Positions 22,448 through 36,174 of a stretch of 64,000 nucleotides of DNA are shown piece by piece. Within the stretch, counting starts at the first letter, position 1; each line of letters begins with the position of its first letter. The translations under genes and the position numbers were made by a program. The notes below the pieces were generated by a model. That model saw nothing but the letters and a program-made list of their open reading frames with translations. It was not told where the DNA came from and ran no database searches. Source of the stretch: Octopus sinensis (Eukaryota); assembly GCF_006345805.1 (NCBI RefSeq), contig NC_042998.1, positions 201,748,001 through 201,812,000 on the forward strand, written 5' to 3'.

Positions 22448-24631
22448 CACTGGTCTTCAGAGAAAATGAGGCAAACATAAAAATAGTTGTTCTAGCATAA
22501 TTTTGGGATGATGATTTCTGATACAAGACCAGTTTTCACTCATCACCTCCAGTTTTTGAGATATACATTATTATGATTTTGCGACAATTCACCACATACA
22601 TATATATATATGTATATGATCAATTTTGCTTTTCTTTTCCACATTTTTGTAATACATATGATACATATCTCTACAATAGCTTCAGATACTTTAGAACATC
22701 AATGATACCTCAACAAGGTAAATTCATTCTGCTACGTGTGTGGGGATTTCACGACAGTTGCACAGCGCCGAACAATTACTTCTCTTTTGGAAACTGCTTA
22801 CTTTCAATATTTCGACTGTAAAATTAGGGATCAGGAATAATCCTGGACCCCACACATCTGTTGTAAACCCTGCAACAATGAACTACTACATGGTTTAACG
22901 GTAGGAAATCAGCCTTCAACTTTGCTGTTCCGATGGTCTGGAGAGAGTCACGAAGACAAGCAGATGATTGTTATTTTTGTATAACGAATATAACAGATTT
23001 CAATGCGGCTTCTATAAAAAAGATCAAGTTTTCCAGCCTTCCCTCAGCTATAATACCTGTTCCCAACTCAGATGATTTTTGGGCCTACACTCCCAGCAAA
23101 GAAGGATCTTCTTCCTACATCAGATGAAGAAATGCTTTCAGTGAAGATTTTTGCCAAGTTGTTCTCTTCAGAAGAGAACGTCTCTGTTTATTCAGGAGCA
23201 AGTGGCAATGAACCCCCTCCGCAGATCATGCAGGATGGCCTGAATGACCTTGCCATTATTTGTATCAGTAAGCAGTGTAATCTGGTCATGGCAGATGTAA
23301 GGATCACCAGTTTCAGGATACGGAACAAGGACTTCGTTTCATTCTTCGACATGGAAAACAGGTTGTACTGCTGCATAAATGTTCACCTTCCTTGGTTTCC
23401 GATACAATTCCGCAGGTTGGATTCTTTTCATAGACTATTCCAAGCGAAGTGTGAAAGCAACACTCCTGCAGAATGGGAATAAATACCACCAGCAACCTAT
23501 TGCCTACTCGGTCCATCGGAAGGAATCGTATGATAATATGAAACTCTTTTTGAAAACTGTCATATACAACCAGTACCAGTGGAGTTTCTGCGGGGATCTC
23601 AAGGCCATTGGTCACAAGCGGGCTTCACAAACTATTGATGATTTTCCTCTCTCTGGGATAGTCGGGCCGTGTCCAAGCATTACAGGCAGAAGGATTGGGG
23701 GTGGGGATCTAGGAGCATGTTGTGCCTTGTGAACACAGTGTCCAAAATAACCATCTGGTGGGCACGGAGAAGGTGCTTCCTCCTCCTCTGCATATCAAGC
23801 ATAGATTAATGAAGAATTTTGTAAAGGCCATGGACGAAAATGGTGCTACCTTCCAACATTTATGTACTCTGTTCCCAGCTTTTAGTTCTGCTAAGCTCAA
23901 GGAGGGCATCTCTGTCGGTCCGCAGATCCGAGAGGTGCTGAAGGATGAGAAATTTCAGCAGCTTCTTACATTAAAGGAACTGAGAGCATGGGAATACTTG
24001 ATGTCAGTCTGGCACGGCTTGCTTGGTAACACATGGAAACTAGATTACCAAGTATATATCGAGAAGTTATTACAGTCTTATAAGGATATGGGATGCCGAA
24101 TGCCACTCTAAATCCACTTTCTCCACTCCCTCCTCAACTCCCCCACCGAAGCTCGGAGCAGTGAGTGATGAGCATAGAGAAAGGTTATACCAAAATATTG
24201 CTAAGATGGAGAGCAACTACCAAGGCAATTTGAATTCCAGCAAGATATAGAAATTTTGCAAGATGCTCTTGCGTGACATCCCGCAGGCAAAGTACAAAAG
24301 ATCGCGGAAAAAAACTCACTTCTAACTGTCTGCTTTACTATGATTTTTGGATATTGTATTAGCAAAGTAGCATATTTCCGTCAATGTTCCGTATCTATCT
24401 ATGTTTTCTTTTTTGTAATATGCCTTTGTAACATATTAAATAACCACATTACATTTTGAGTTTATATGCAGTATAATTAAAAAGAGATATGAGAAAGCAG
24501 AAACAAAATCCAGAGGTGATAAAGGAAAACTGTTCAGAAAATTGAATTGACATCATCAAAATTAGTAAGAAAAACACATATTCACATTCCGGCCTGAAGC
24601 CCCACCACAAACAGAAAATTGTAAACCAGTG
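22448..24631 (+). mobile_element. Chapaev3-type DNA transposon with both termini; transposase pseudogene
   Basis: Ends CACTGGT...ACCAGTG flanked by a 3-bp TSD TAG. Transposase remnants: MVWRES...DCYFC, LFIDYSKRSVKATLLQNGN, FCGDLK, LPPPLHIKHRLMKNFVKAM, KEGISVGPQIR, GCRMPL*IHFLHS, GAVSDEHRERLYQNI. The superfamily name comes from recalled motifs. Confidence 0.8.
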
Positions 24632-24747
24632 TAGTTAACAATGGAAGATTATGTTCCCATTTATTCACGTGAAATAGAGTAAGAGGTATTGTACTCTCAC
24701 TACAGGCAGCATACGGAAACCTAGCGGTAAATTGTTAGTGATTCTCA

Positions 24748-24796
24748 AAGATAGTTTCAAGACAGATAGTTTCAAGGCAGATAGTTTCAAGACAGT
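24748..24796. repeat. 15-bp minisatellite, 3 copies (agatagtttcaagac)
   Basis: Seen directly. Confidence 0.85.
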
Positions 24797-26929
24797 AAGA
24801 GCTAGCATTTTTTATATCAACTCTTATCACTTACAATATTTATATCATTTGTCCACTGGGATTTTAAATATTATTCGATTTATTCTCAACACAAAATATA
24901 TAACTAGTAAAATCTAAATCGCTTCTTTACGTTATGTAGAACAGTCACCGCTTGATCGATGTACAATTTCCCACCAGTTTATTTTCGCTCTTCAGCAAAA
25001 AATGTTCCAATCAAATTACGACTAATTAGGATTTCGATACGCCATTCAGTGCATTTATTATTATTTTTTTTTTATGAACTACATATTATATCTCAGTTGC
25101 ATTATTTCCCTTTGCTCGTATATTTTTTTAAAGGATTTACTATAGGCCACGTTTCTTCGTAATTCTTTCCAAATCTAAAAACTTTCGAAACGTGATCAAA
25201 CAGGCTTGCATAGAATACGACAAAGCCCAGTATGCACTGCTGAAAAACTCATTTGCGATTACAGCATCCAATTCAGTATGCTACTGCAGAACATTTGTTG
25301 TGTTTTCCGTTGAGATTTTATATTAATATTTTCATGAAATAAATTCTTAAAATCATTAAAATTGTACCCTTTCACACTATGAACGCTAGATTTTCGTTCA
25401 CCAGCGAAAAGGGAAATTTCAACCCATTCGCAAATGTTATGCGTATCTTATTCAGGATATTCCCAATAAAATTATTAATCAACATTCGTGTCATCTCTTC
25501 AGTAGAATTAATTTGCTTTCTTTATTTGATTTGATAGGCATATGTTGGAACCTAGAGAAACTTTAGTTAGCTAATATCGTTAAAACAATACGTCTAAGAA
25601 GTTTACACGTAGATGTGAACATCTCTTCAAAACTAGCTACTTATGTAGTACATCAACACCTATCTTCCAACAGTTTCGCGAAATATGCAACACCTACCTC
25701 ATTGTTTGCATCCCTTACATTACCAAACGTAGGTGCAACGAGATTCTTTTTTCCGCTAAAGACATTTTACTCTACTGTAAACAGCACTATCAACCTCTCC
25801 AGGGTCGAATATCTTGTCAATGTAATGGAAACTGTCCGGTCCTCCCGATTAGGTCATATAGAAAATATTCTATTCAATATTAGTAATAAATACAACCTTC
25901 TTTGGCTAAAACGCCTCTCAGTGGGAATTTCAGCCATACTTTTGGGTCAATTACCAGAAGTAATAAAATTGAAGTTGGCTGTATTATACTCACAAAGTTT
26001 GTTCTTACTTGCTTCAAACACTCGAAATATAATGAAACTTAATTGCTCTTGTTTGAAGCGATTGCAACGTGAACACTTTAATGTGATAAGTCAAAAGTAT
26101 TTCGTCAACGAATGTGTGGATGCAATGTTGTCTTCTGATCAGTGTGTATTTGTGTTTGTGTCGAAAGAAGGAAATAATTTTGGCTGCTATTATTAAAGCG
26201 AACATTTAAGCTAAGCAGAGAGAATTTGTCGGAAAGTATTTTTGTAACAATCTATCGTAAACATTACTTCAAGTTGGCGATGTTTCAACCGATAACGGAT
26301 TAACACCTTGACGACAGATTAATAATATGTGTTATTACATCGTTGCTTATGCATAACATGGTGAGTTCATGGCTGATATTAGTAAAATAATATCTCTCAT
26401 TGGACGCACACACAAATATTTACTCTTACTATATCTCTCAGTGAAATTTTCATTCCGTCTATTTATTTCCCTCAGAAATATTTTAGTTTCTTTTATGTAC
26501 ATGTCACTGTATATCGAACTGTTCATTAGCGATGCTGAGACATTTCTGAAAGGATTTTCTACTGATTAACCAAAGCACTGGATATTCTAACACCTCATCA
26601 CTTATTTAATTTCATAATGAAGAATATTACGTCATTGATACATAATTTCCGGAGGAATTTTATAAAGGAGTCCCGCAAAAGAAAACAAAAATTTTGCGAT
26701 ACTTAAGAACTAATGTTTTAAAAAACACTACGTATAACATTTTTATTTTGAGGTGGGATTAGATTTTATTGCAACAAACTCGTTTTCTGTTATGATGATC
26801 AAATAATAATTGGATGTCAACTGACCAATTCAAACTAAGTTTTACTAAACCTCATATTTGATAAAAAAGAAAACGTGAAACTAAGAAGTGTTTCTTTTAA
26901 GAAAAAGAGATCTGTGGACACCCCTGTAA

Positions 26930-28885
26930 GATTTTCCTGTCTTGTTATGTATGGAAACATCGTGATTCGAAACGTGTAGAATATACGTAATCTGCATACT
27001 GTAATTTTTCCTTATGCATTTCATGAAGTCGGTAATGTTTTGATGGAAGGAGAATATTGACGACCTCGCTCAGCCCCCTTTCTCCTACTATATCGTATAT
27101 TCTCTTTCTAACATATCTTATTAAAAGAGGTAATTGGCGAGGAACAGAAGTGGAGAGGGGGAGGTTACTGCAGATATCTAACCGGGAATCTGCATGGAAA
27201 GATTTTGGTAGTTTAAAAGTCAAGTTCTAGCAATGAAATCAGTTAGTGTGTTCCTCGAGTAGTGATGTAGCAGAATGCAATAGGTTTGATATGCCTCAAG
27301 TGAGGGAACAATGGAAAGTCCCTAAAATCATCTTTCCATTTATTTATGCTCGGTAAAGAGAACGACCCGATGACACAATACTGCGGTCGGCTAAATAGAA
27401 TTATATCTATACGTAAAAAACCCCCTCAACAAACAAGAACAGCATAGAGGAATGTAACACTGTACAGCAACCAGAATAGCCAGCAACGAGGCACATCTCT
27501 GATAAAAATGGGAAGTGACACTACAATAATGAAAAATAACAATATGTTCACGGAATTATCCTGAAATCAAAATAGATAAGATTTCACTAATTATTTTGGA
27601 GCAGCCGAGCAGAAAACAAAACCTCGGAATTTGGCTTTGTAAATCACAATCGAAACATGACATTTCTCAATACCCGTCTAAACCACATGTTGACAAGCCT
27701 AAAACAATCGCTTTACTCGTCAGGGCTAACGCATATAGGACGAGTTGCCGTAATGAGGTAAAAGAGGAATTCTTCATCCAGATGATATCGAATAATCCGC
27801 CTCACTCTTCTTCTGTATGGTGATTCGATGTTCCCTAGTAACACCATGGAACAAAGTCATCGATCATGATGGTACACGGAAGCAATGTTCAATCACAATG
27901 TTTAGTTTAATTATGAGAGAAGGAAACCTTGAACGGTAATCTAATTCATAATATATATACATATTACCTTTCCCGGATAAGTAATATTTTCATAAAAAAT
28001 ATCTTTATCATACACCTATAAAATTATCTATATATTTTATATAAATCGCTGAGATATCACTAACATATTTTTTCAACCAAAACCCTATATTCGTAGCATT
28101 GGAACAACAAAATCGTCATCGAACAAGGTCTTTTTAAGATATTTTAAATCTCCAGGCTCCGTCAATAAGCTACAGCTCAAACATGATCTTCTAAGATGTT
28201 AGTCTTCTATCACTTTCGAAATAAATAAAGATGTCAGAGTTGCTATGTACAACTGTCAAGGCATACCTCCGTTCAATAATTCTAAAATATTTTTACAAGT
28301 GCAAACATTAGCCTTTTCATCCTCTTTATTAATGCTATCTGCCTGGAAACTATGCAAATTCAGATCTCTCGGTTCTGATATACCCGAAGCTGGACGAATT
28401 TCAAAATAAACCAGAAAACAATATTTCCAGCTGTGTGTATTTTTTTGTTTCGGGCACCAAATTATTTGCTACAATCAATCGCCAAGATTAGAAAATATTA
28501 TTCTCAAATTTTCTTCCATTATATCAGGATAGCGCATGAAGAATTTCACAATGTAACGTAAGATTTAACACAGATGTCTTGGAACCACAATTACCTGAGC
28601 CTCATATTTCATAAAAGCTAATGCTCAGCTACATGAGACTCAGATTTCATAAGAGCTAGTGATCAGCTCCCCAGCTCACACAGTGCGCTATATCAACGTT
28701 CATACCTGATCTGTTAAAATACAAGAAATCTTAAATGGTTCCCGTCTATCTGACTTCGAAAATATCACTCTTGCTTAGGTTTGGTCAGCCTTTAGTGGTG
28801 TCAATATAACAAAGAAAATTTACACTCGAAAGAGAAACGGAATCTGTCGAATTACTACGGCTCAGTAGCCATGCTAGGGAACAAA
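26930..28885 (+). mobile_element. Heavily deleted RTE-clade LINE (5' region, endonuclease, C-terminal remnant)
   Basis: EVKEEFF, LYGDS (GDFN-like) and WNKVIDHDGTRK are APE motifs at 27700-27880. GLSSHAR-like C-terminus at about 28858-28879. The boundaries are uncertain. Confidence 0.55.
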
Positions 28886-28959
28886 AAAATGATGATACTA
28901 GAATTGGTCATATACGTAATGAGTTTCCTGTCAAGTCTTTAATATATTGATACTCGGTT

Positions 28960-29150
28960 CCATGAAGCTGACAGAATCGCTAGAGCGCCGGGTACACTGC
29001 TTAGCGGTGACTCGTCTATCTTTACGTTCTGAGTTCAAATTCTACCGTGGTCGACTTTGCCTTCCATCTGTGCGGGTGTTTCAAATAAGTACCAACTGGG
29101 TACTGAACTCACTTCCCTGAGATTGCTGCCATTTTGCTAAGATTTCAAAA
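28960..29150 (+). mobile_element. SINE family A, degraded
   Basis: agctgacagaatcgctagagcgccggg...gttctgagttcaaatt...gtcgactttgccttccatc. Confidence 0.8.
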
Positions 29151-29493
29151 TGATATTTTGTCTCATCCCACTTAAATATATATCATTAACGCATCTCTGT
29201 CATTCTCTACAATCTATAGCATAAGCCTTCAAGGAAAATATTATTTACACAGGAATGTTTGCTGTATATAGTCACATAATTAGATTACTCCATATTTATT
29301 TCATTATTATTTGTATTCCCGAGAAAGATGGTTATTCATTTGAAAATATGGGTATGATATTACTGCTTTTAGTAAACGGAAAACGTACCAAGAGAATGCC
29401 CTGAAAACATACAAATTAGTAAAGACTTTCTCAGCTTTTGCAGTGCAATATTCTGCAATGAGACACACACACACACAACACACACACACACAT

Positions 29494-29535
<42 letters not shown>

Positions 29536-30465
29536 TAAGTCTAACCTCATAATGATTGACAATTTTATCAATATCAACAATATTTGTTTAGATTTCAGGC
29601 ACCTACATGCTTTAATATAACATTTTCTATTTATATAGTATTTCTAACAGCCAGAGATACGTATCCTTTGTAATCATAAATAGAATTGATTTTGAAAAGG
29701 TTACCAAAGAGTAAAATTTTGCAGTGACATATGTAACAAGAAATTATAGGTTCTTGCCAATGACTAGTAGGAAAGCTGCTTATATTCTTATATCCTGTAT
29801 TGAAATCAATAAGCGTATCACATACAATGGCATAGGTGATACTATTTTAACCTTTTGGCTAAATAGTTATCTTCAGACATTTTAAAGTAGAATACAGTGG
29901 AAGAAGTAAATATATGCACGCTTCTGTTTATACGATAGAAGGCAATGTTAAACTAAGCGATAGCCTAGTTGTCCATGTCTAAGTCAAAGCGTCCAGTTCA
30001 CGTGGCGTGAGATGTGAGGCGTTTAAAGATAGGTGTACTTGCTCTTCGTATGAAAGTGAGAAATTACTAAAAGGTTGTGCTGCCATTATGGTTGTTTGTC
30101 AGTAACACAAATTAGCCACATTTTTCTTTTTCTAGATACATCTTTATATGTGTCAAGAGAGAATATACAACTCCTTCTTAAAACCAAATCTTAAATACGT
30201 TTTAAAGAAATAATCACCGTCATCAAATTGCTGCTCCATGCAACCTATGTCAGGAGTAGAATATGATGAGTCGTACCTTTCTCAAATAACAGTCTACTCT
30301 ACTTAAATGATGTTAATATTCACTGGAAAATATAGTTTCGAAACTGTAAGCAATGCACGCACGTCTATGGTTAACATCATGCAAAGCTACAAGAAATTTG
30401 CGATCTAGCGTTAGTTTTGCTCTCCGCTTCTGGACACACACACACACATCGATATAACGGTAAAA

Positions 30466-30641
30466 GTCTGACGTTACGTTCTGAGTTCAAATTCCGCCGA
30501 GGTCGACTTTGCCTTTCATCCTTTCGGGGTCGATAAATTAAGTAGCAGTTACGCACTGGGGTCGATGTAATCGACTTAATCCGTTTGTCTGTCCTTGTTT
30601 GTCCCCTCTGTGTTTAGCCCTTTGTGGGTAATAAAGAAATA
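30466..30641 (+). mobile_element. SINE family A, 5'-truncated, young
   Basis: 15-bp TSD gatataacggtaaaa at 30451-30465 and 30642-30656. Near-identical to the 38-269 copy. Confidence 0.92.
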
Positions 30642-31542
30642 GATATAACGGTAAAACTTACTGCAGGAGACTAGACATATTCAAGTTCAATGCAACAAAC
30701 CTCTAGGTATTAGCATTATTACATTGCTTAGGTGAAGAATAAAAAAAAATGTGTTCATTTTCAATAATAATTCCATATTCTGCTAAACAGATGAGGAAGT
30801 TTTCTACTTGATAGTCAGACAAATTACTAGAAATAACATCTAAGTCACCCCTCCATGCTTTAGATAGGCAAGGCTATAACCGATAATTCAGTAACCTATT
30901 TGGATTTTTTTCAATATAATTGAATCAAAAGCTAGTAAAATGTCGATTATAATGTCCACTCGAATAAGTTTTGGACAAGAGTTAACCACCGCCACCAACA
31001 CCACTACTGCTAAGAAGAAGAACAACTACAAGAGCCAACCATATAGAGCCCATCACTTATGTGATTTGAAACACACCTGATATACATACTGACCGCAAAT
31101 CAAATAATGACCGACATATGACTTATAAGCTAATGGGATATTATGAATTTTGACACACAGTCAAATGTTATTGACCCGTTTGAAATTATTACTAGTAATC
31201 AATCCTTTGTATTCTGATTCCCACTTCGGGAATAAACGCGAAGTGATTCACTGAAAGCCGATATATCATATTTCAAAGTATATATACTTGTTTGCCACAC
31301 AGATGTACGATGCGCTACTAGATTTATTTTTCTGGCTTTCTTCTCTGTTAATCAATGATCTATGTAAACGGATGTACGAAATGTATGTAATTATATGAAT
31401 GTGTATATAAGATTTGGTGATGTGATTTTTGCAAACAACATCAGTGAAATCATGTACATGTATACATACACATATCTAGATATCTATATAAGTGTATATG
31501 TATATATGTACATTTGCAGACACAATCAGGCATACATGTCTA

Positions 31543-31593
<51 letters not shown>

Positions 31594-31719
31594 CAATTAA
31601 CACACACACACTCACACGCATACACACACAGATATATATATTATATATATATATATATATATAATATAAATATTTTTACTTGTTTCCGTCATTAGGCTGC
31701 GCCCACCTACATACATATT

Positions 31720-32460
31720 TATACATACATGCATATATGGGTACAGGGCATCACAAGACGTTGAACACAATGAGAAACGAAAACATAAAAACAAAAACAT
31801 AGAAACGAATGTTTTTCAAACAACGAGACACAGAACACAGAATATTTCCCTTTTTCAGTTGTCCCTGTTTCGTCTACTCCGCGTTCCGAAGGTAAGGACA
31901 AGAAGCGACTTCGTTGGAGCAGTCCTTCCCGCAAACCAAATTAAATATAATTTCGGATTTTTTTGTGGGGGGTAAAAATGGTAACAAGAACAGGACAGTA
32001 AGAACAAAACAAGACTGTAAAAACAATAAAAAAGTAAAAACAGTAAAAGACAGAACAATGAGAATAAAACAGTAAAAACAAACGATGAGGGCTGTTAAGC
32101 CAAGACAATGGAAAAAATTATTTTGAACGCTTAAGGAGACAGTGTATGATAGACACAGAATAAGCTGCTCTGGTCTTGGTGAAGATAGCAGTTGGAAAGA
32201 CGGCTTCATTCTGATCGCGTGTCAATGACGAGAGAATCGAGGAAGAGGAGGAGGAGAGGAGAAGAAGGAGTAAGAGAGAGGGAATGGTGAAGGGGAGAAG
32301 AGAAGAATATAGAAGCGTGGGAGAGAAAACCAGAAAGGATGAAAAACAACAGAAGAAGATAGATAGACAGAAAAGAAATAGTAAGGGTGAAGAGTGTGCT
32401 TTGTAATTATTAAGATAAAACTTTTTGTGAAAAAGATACGTGGCGTTCGATCATATAATA
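31720..32460 (-). mobile_element. PLE pLTR-like element related to 1529-3126
   Basis: The reverse complement shares ttttaccc..., ccttcg(g)aacg...agtagacgaaa...ctgaaaaaggg and ...ctgtacccatatatgcat with 1920-2190. Confidence 0.65.
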
Positions 32461-32524
32461 ATATAAATAATATATATGTGTGTATGTAGGCGTGTTTTTG
32501 TATATATCTATATCTATATCTATC

Positions 32525-32614
<90 letters not shown>

Positions 32615-33125
32615 TGTATTTATGCATATATACATATATACATGTATTTATGCATATATGTAATCATACATACATATATGAAGTAAGTTTTTGAAGTGAT
32701 GTACAGATATTGTATATTTAGGACAATAAGGTAGTGAGAATTTGGGATGATTATATATATTTTTATTTACATTTTATTTATCCATTTCAAGCGCTTTCTT
32801 CTGTTATAAAATTTATCAAAAAGTGGTTTATAGTTAGATTTCTTCCACGCAAGGGATAAGAAAGACGATAAAAGTTTGAGAAGGAGTGGGAGGTATAGGG
32901 GCGTGCTTTCGTATTGGTATGTTCAGACTTTTTTGTCCAATACTAAGTCAAATTTTGCGGATGATGAAGGAAAACGCATTTTGTTATTTGAATTGCAGAA
33001 GGGTTGTAATTGAAAAACAAGATGTTGTATTCCACTTTCTACAGTAAAAATTATAATTGTGATGAATGATTTCTAGGGCACTTATGTGACACTTAGCTAC
33101 TTTGTAATTATTCCCCTGGATTTTT

Positions 33126-33235
33126 CCCATATATATATATAGTTAATCCAAACAAGAAAACACAGAAAAAAAGAGAAGAAGAAGGGAAAAAAGCACGGCA
33201 ACGCAGTACGTGGAACAATTAAAGTATTATTGACC
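33126..33235 (-). mobile_element. 3' fragment of the 51966-52172 HHR element family
   Basis: The reverse complement matches aataacact.taattgttccacgt...tgtttggattaactata(ta)n. Confidence 0.65.
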
Positions 33236-34229
33236 TGCATATATGCATACATGTATATTTGCACATATATATATACATACATATTCATAAGACAAAATAT
33301 ATATAATATATGTACAAGTTATTTGCATTGCTTCAGAATACCAAACTAGAATGCATTGGATGGTGCACGAGTTTTGATTTTGGCCTATAAAAACAATTCC
33401 ATCGTCGTTTCTTTTTCTGTTTAATATTTCCTCTTTTCTATACTGCACGAACCATATTATGCTTTCAACTAGCGTTCTAGTTAGAATCATTTTTATATAT
33501 TCTATTTAATATGTTTGGAATGGAATAAAAGTGTTTAAACTGTCAAGATATAATATTTCACTGAAATCACTGAAATAGCAAGTTATCATAATGACCAGGT
33601 CTTCGAGAACATTTAGAAACAAATAACTAAATAAACATCATACATAGAAAGTAAATACTGAAAGGAAAAACAAGAATTGCAAAATTTGATTGGTTATTAA
33701 ACCCAACTGATGACAATATCTCTATTTGTGTATGTATGGGTGTGTTTGTCTATAGATTCACGCACACTAATATATACATATGTACATATTGTGTGTGTGC
33801 TTGTGAGTATATGTGTGTACTGCATTACAACACGTCGAATTTTGGATTATTTGACATATATTGTACACTCACTTAAAACGCATTAAGTTTAAACTCGTTC
33901 AGAAAATTCAGCAAAGTAGTTATATCAAAGACATTCCCTCGAGCACAAACTGTTCAATAGGAGTTGTAAGATGTCTATCACAAAAATAATACATGTTTTC
34001 TGTTCATATATAGACTATATTTGCTTACAGCTTTATGAAGGAGAAAACCACATACATTATATGTGTCCAAACACTTTCTCTTTCTAATGAAACTCTACTG
34101 TCACTAGAAAGTATTTGTATTGGTACCATCTTCTCCTCAATTTATAAAATTAATTGTACATTCTCCACGCTTCATTTTCTCGGCAGACTAAATAAATGTC
34201 CAGTGATAGACACAATAGCATACATTATA

Positions 34230-34313
<84 letters not shown>

Positions 34314-34319
34314 ACATCG

Positions 34320-34577
34320 CTGGTCACAATGCGCTTCGCATTGTTTTAGCCTTCAAATGACGCCACCCGGCTGGCTAAGCGAGCAGGCAAGCAGACGAAA
34401 GAGTGGGAGAAAGTTTCGGCGAAAGAGTACAGCAAGGATCGCCACAACCCCCTGTCGGAGCCTCGTGGAGCTTCAGGAGATTTTGCTTAATAAACAGTCG
34501 CAACGCCCGGTCTGGGAATCGAAACCGCAATCCTACGGCCGGGAGTCCGCTGCCTTAACCACTGGGTCATTGCGCCT

Positions 34578-34580
<3 letters not shown>
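34320..34580 (-). mobile_element. SINE with a family C head and a different tail
   Basis: 34400-34580 matches the family C head. 34320-34400 is unrelated to the family C tail. Confidence 0.8.
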
Positions 34581-34629
<49 letters not shown>

Positions 34630-35551
34630 TATATATATATATATATTATATTATATATATATATATATATATTAACTTAGGTGGCTAGACGCAATATAAT
34701 ACCAAGACAGAAAAAGTTAGTTGTCACTAATAGTGTCTGAGGATGCAGAGCCGTACCGACATTGCCAGAAACCAGAGACAAAGACATGTATAGTCACAAA
34801 CAGCACATTGCCTTTGCACTGACAGAGGTGATAAACACCCCACAGTGAGCGAGGTAAGTATATAGATGGATTGATAGAAAGATAGATAAAAATATCATGG
34901 TTATAGCTGTTATATGCCTGCTATTTTCGAAGGAACCAACAAAGGAAAAATTAGATTACTTACCTAACAAAATATCATTAAGAAGCGTTGCGAATAGAAT
35001 TCCTTATTTGGTTATTAGAAAAAATAATAAATCCCTGAATATAGTGAGATATGTTATATAATCTTGGTGGATTACCGATAACAGATGTAATACATATAAT
35101 TGAAGCATCGTCTTATCTGATATTAGAATGCGTATCTTGCCTTCATTGGTTTTCTTTGAAAATTTAAGGAGTACAATGATTTATTCAGTTTCATTCTATT
35201 CTTCAAAAGATTATTTTCTCTATTATCAACACTTTTGCCTTTTTTTGTCTTGATCATCTCCTGTTCATATGTATATAAAAATAATTTTTTTGTGAATTAC
35301 AGGAACGTAACATACATTGATTTCTGTCGTTGAAACCTGACAAAAGGAGGGTAGAAATATAATTATCATAACGGGTAATGTATGCTGCTTATAAGTTTTT
35401 GAATCAGAAACAAATAAAAGTAATAAATGACTTTGAAACAGAACATCAACTGCCTGAATAAACTACTATACAAAATAGTTTCTCTTAATTCCCGCACGCG
35501 TAGAAAATTAACCGAAAATAAACAATTTAATAATGATATTCTTGTTAGTAT

Positions 35552-36160
35552 TGTATTGGAGGAGAACGAACAGGATTGGGATCACAGCTAAGGTGCTTCT
35601 TCGTGTGAAGCCAGTCCAGCGGGAGAGGATACCAGACCTGATCTCTCCACCGATTGAAACAGAGTTAATAGTGAGTTTGAAGCGCAGATGACCCAGATGC
35701 TATGTATGTGTAATGACGGAAGTTCTACGGGCGTTCTGCCCACGCAACAAAATCCCCGTGCCTCGAAATAAAGAAATGGAGAGAAGGGGTGAAATATACG
35801 AAACTTGCACACTTAAATTGCCGTAAGAGATATTGTTCGTGTGCATGATACTGTCAATATATAAAGGAGGATTTCCCTACGCCGTGAGAACTTCTTACAC
35901 AAAAGACACCATTACACGTTTAATGGCGCTCCCATTATAGCAACGTCGATCAGAGAAGGAGGTCGGGCCACCCGGCAACCAGAAACAACGTGAGGTTAAG
36001 TACCCCTGTTTGACGCTCCTTAGTTGTCATTGTGTTGAATAGTTGTTGCTAGCTGTTCATGTTTTAATTTTATTAACGAAGTTTTTTTCTCCACTTGCCC
36101 CTTATTCTATATTGTCCCTTTTTGTTTTGTGTTTGATCCTTATGGACAATAGAGAAAACA
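35552..36160 (+). mobile_element. Possible solo LTR
   Basis: A GC-richer island starting TGT and ending ACA, with a TATA-like tatataaagg at about 35858. No clean TSD. Confidence 0.25.
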
Positions 36161-36174
36161 TTATTATTATCATT

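Noticed and set aside
28594-28670. 38-bp direct repeat (2 copies) or other repeats as a CRISPR array
   Set aside because: A simple tandem duplication with no spacers, in a eukaryotic context with no cas genes.
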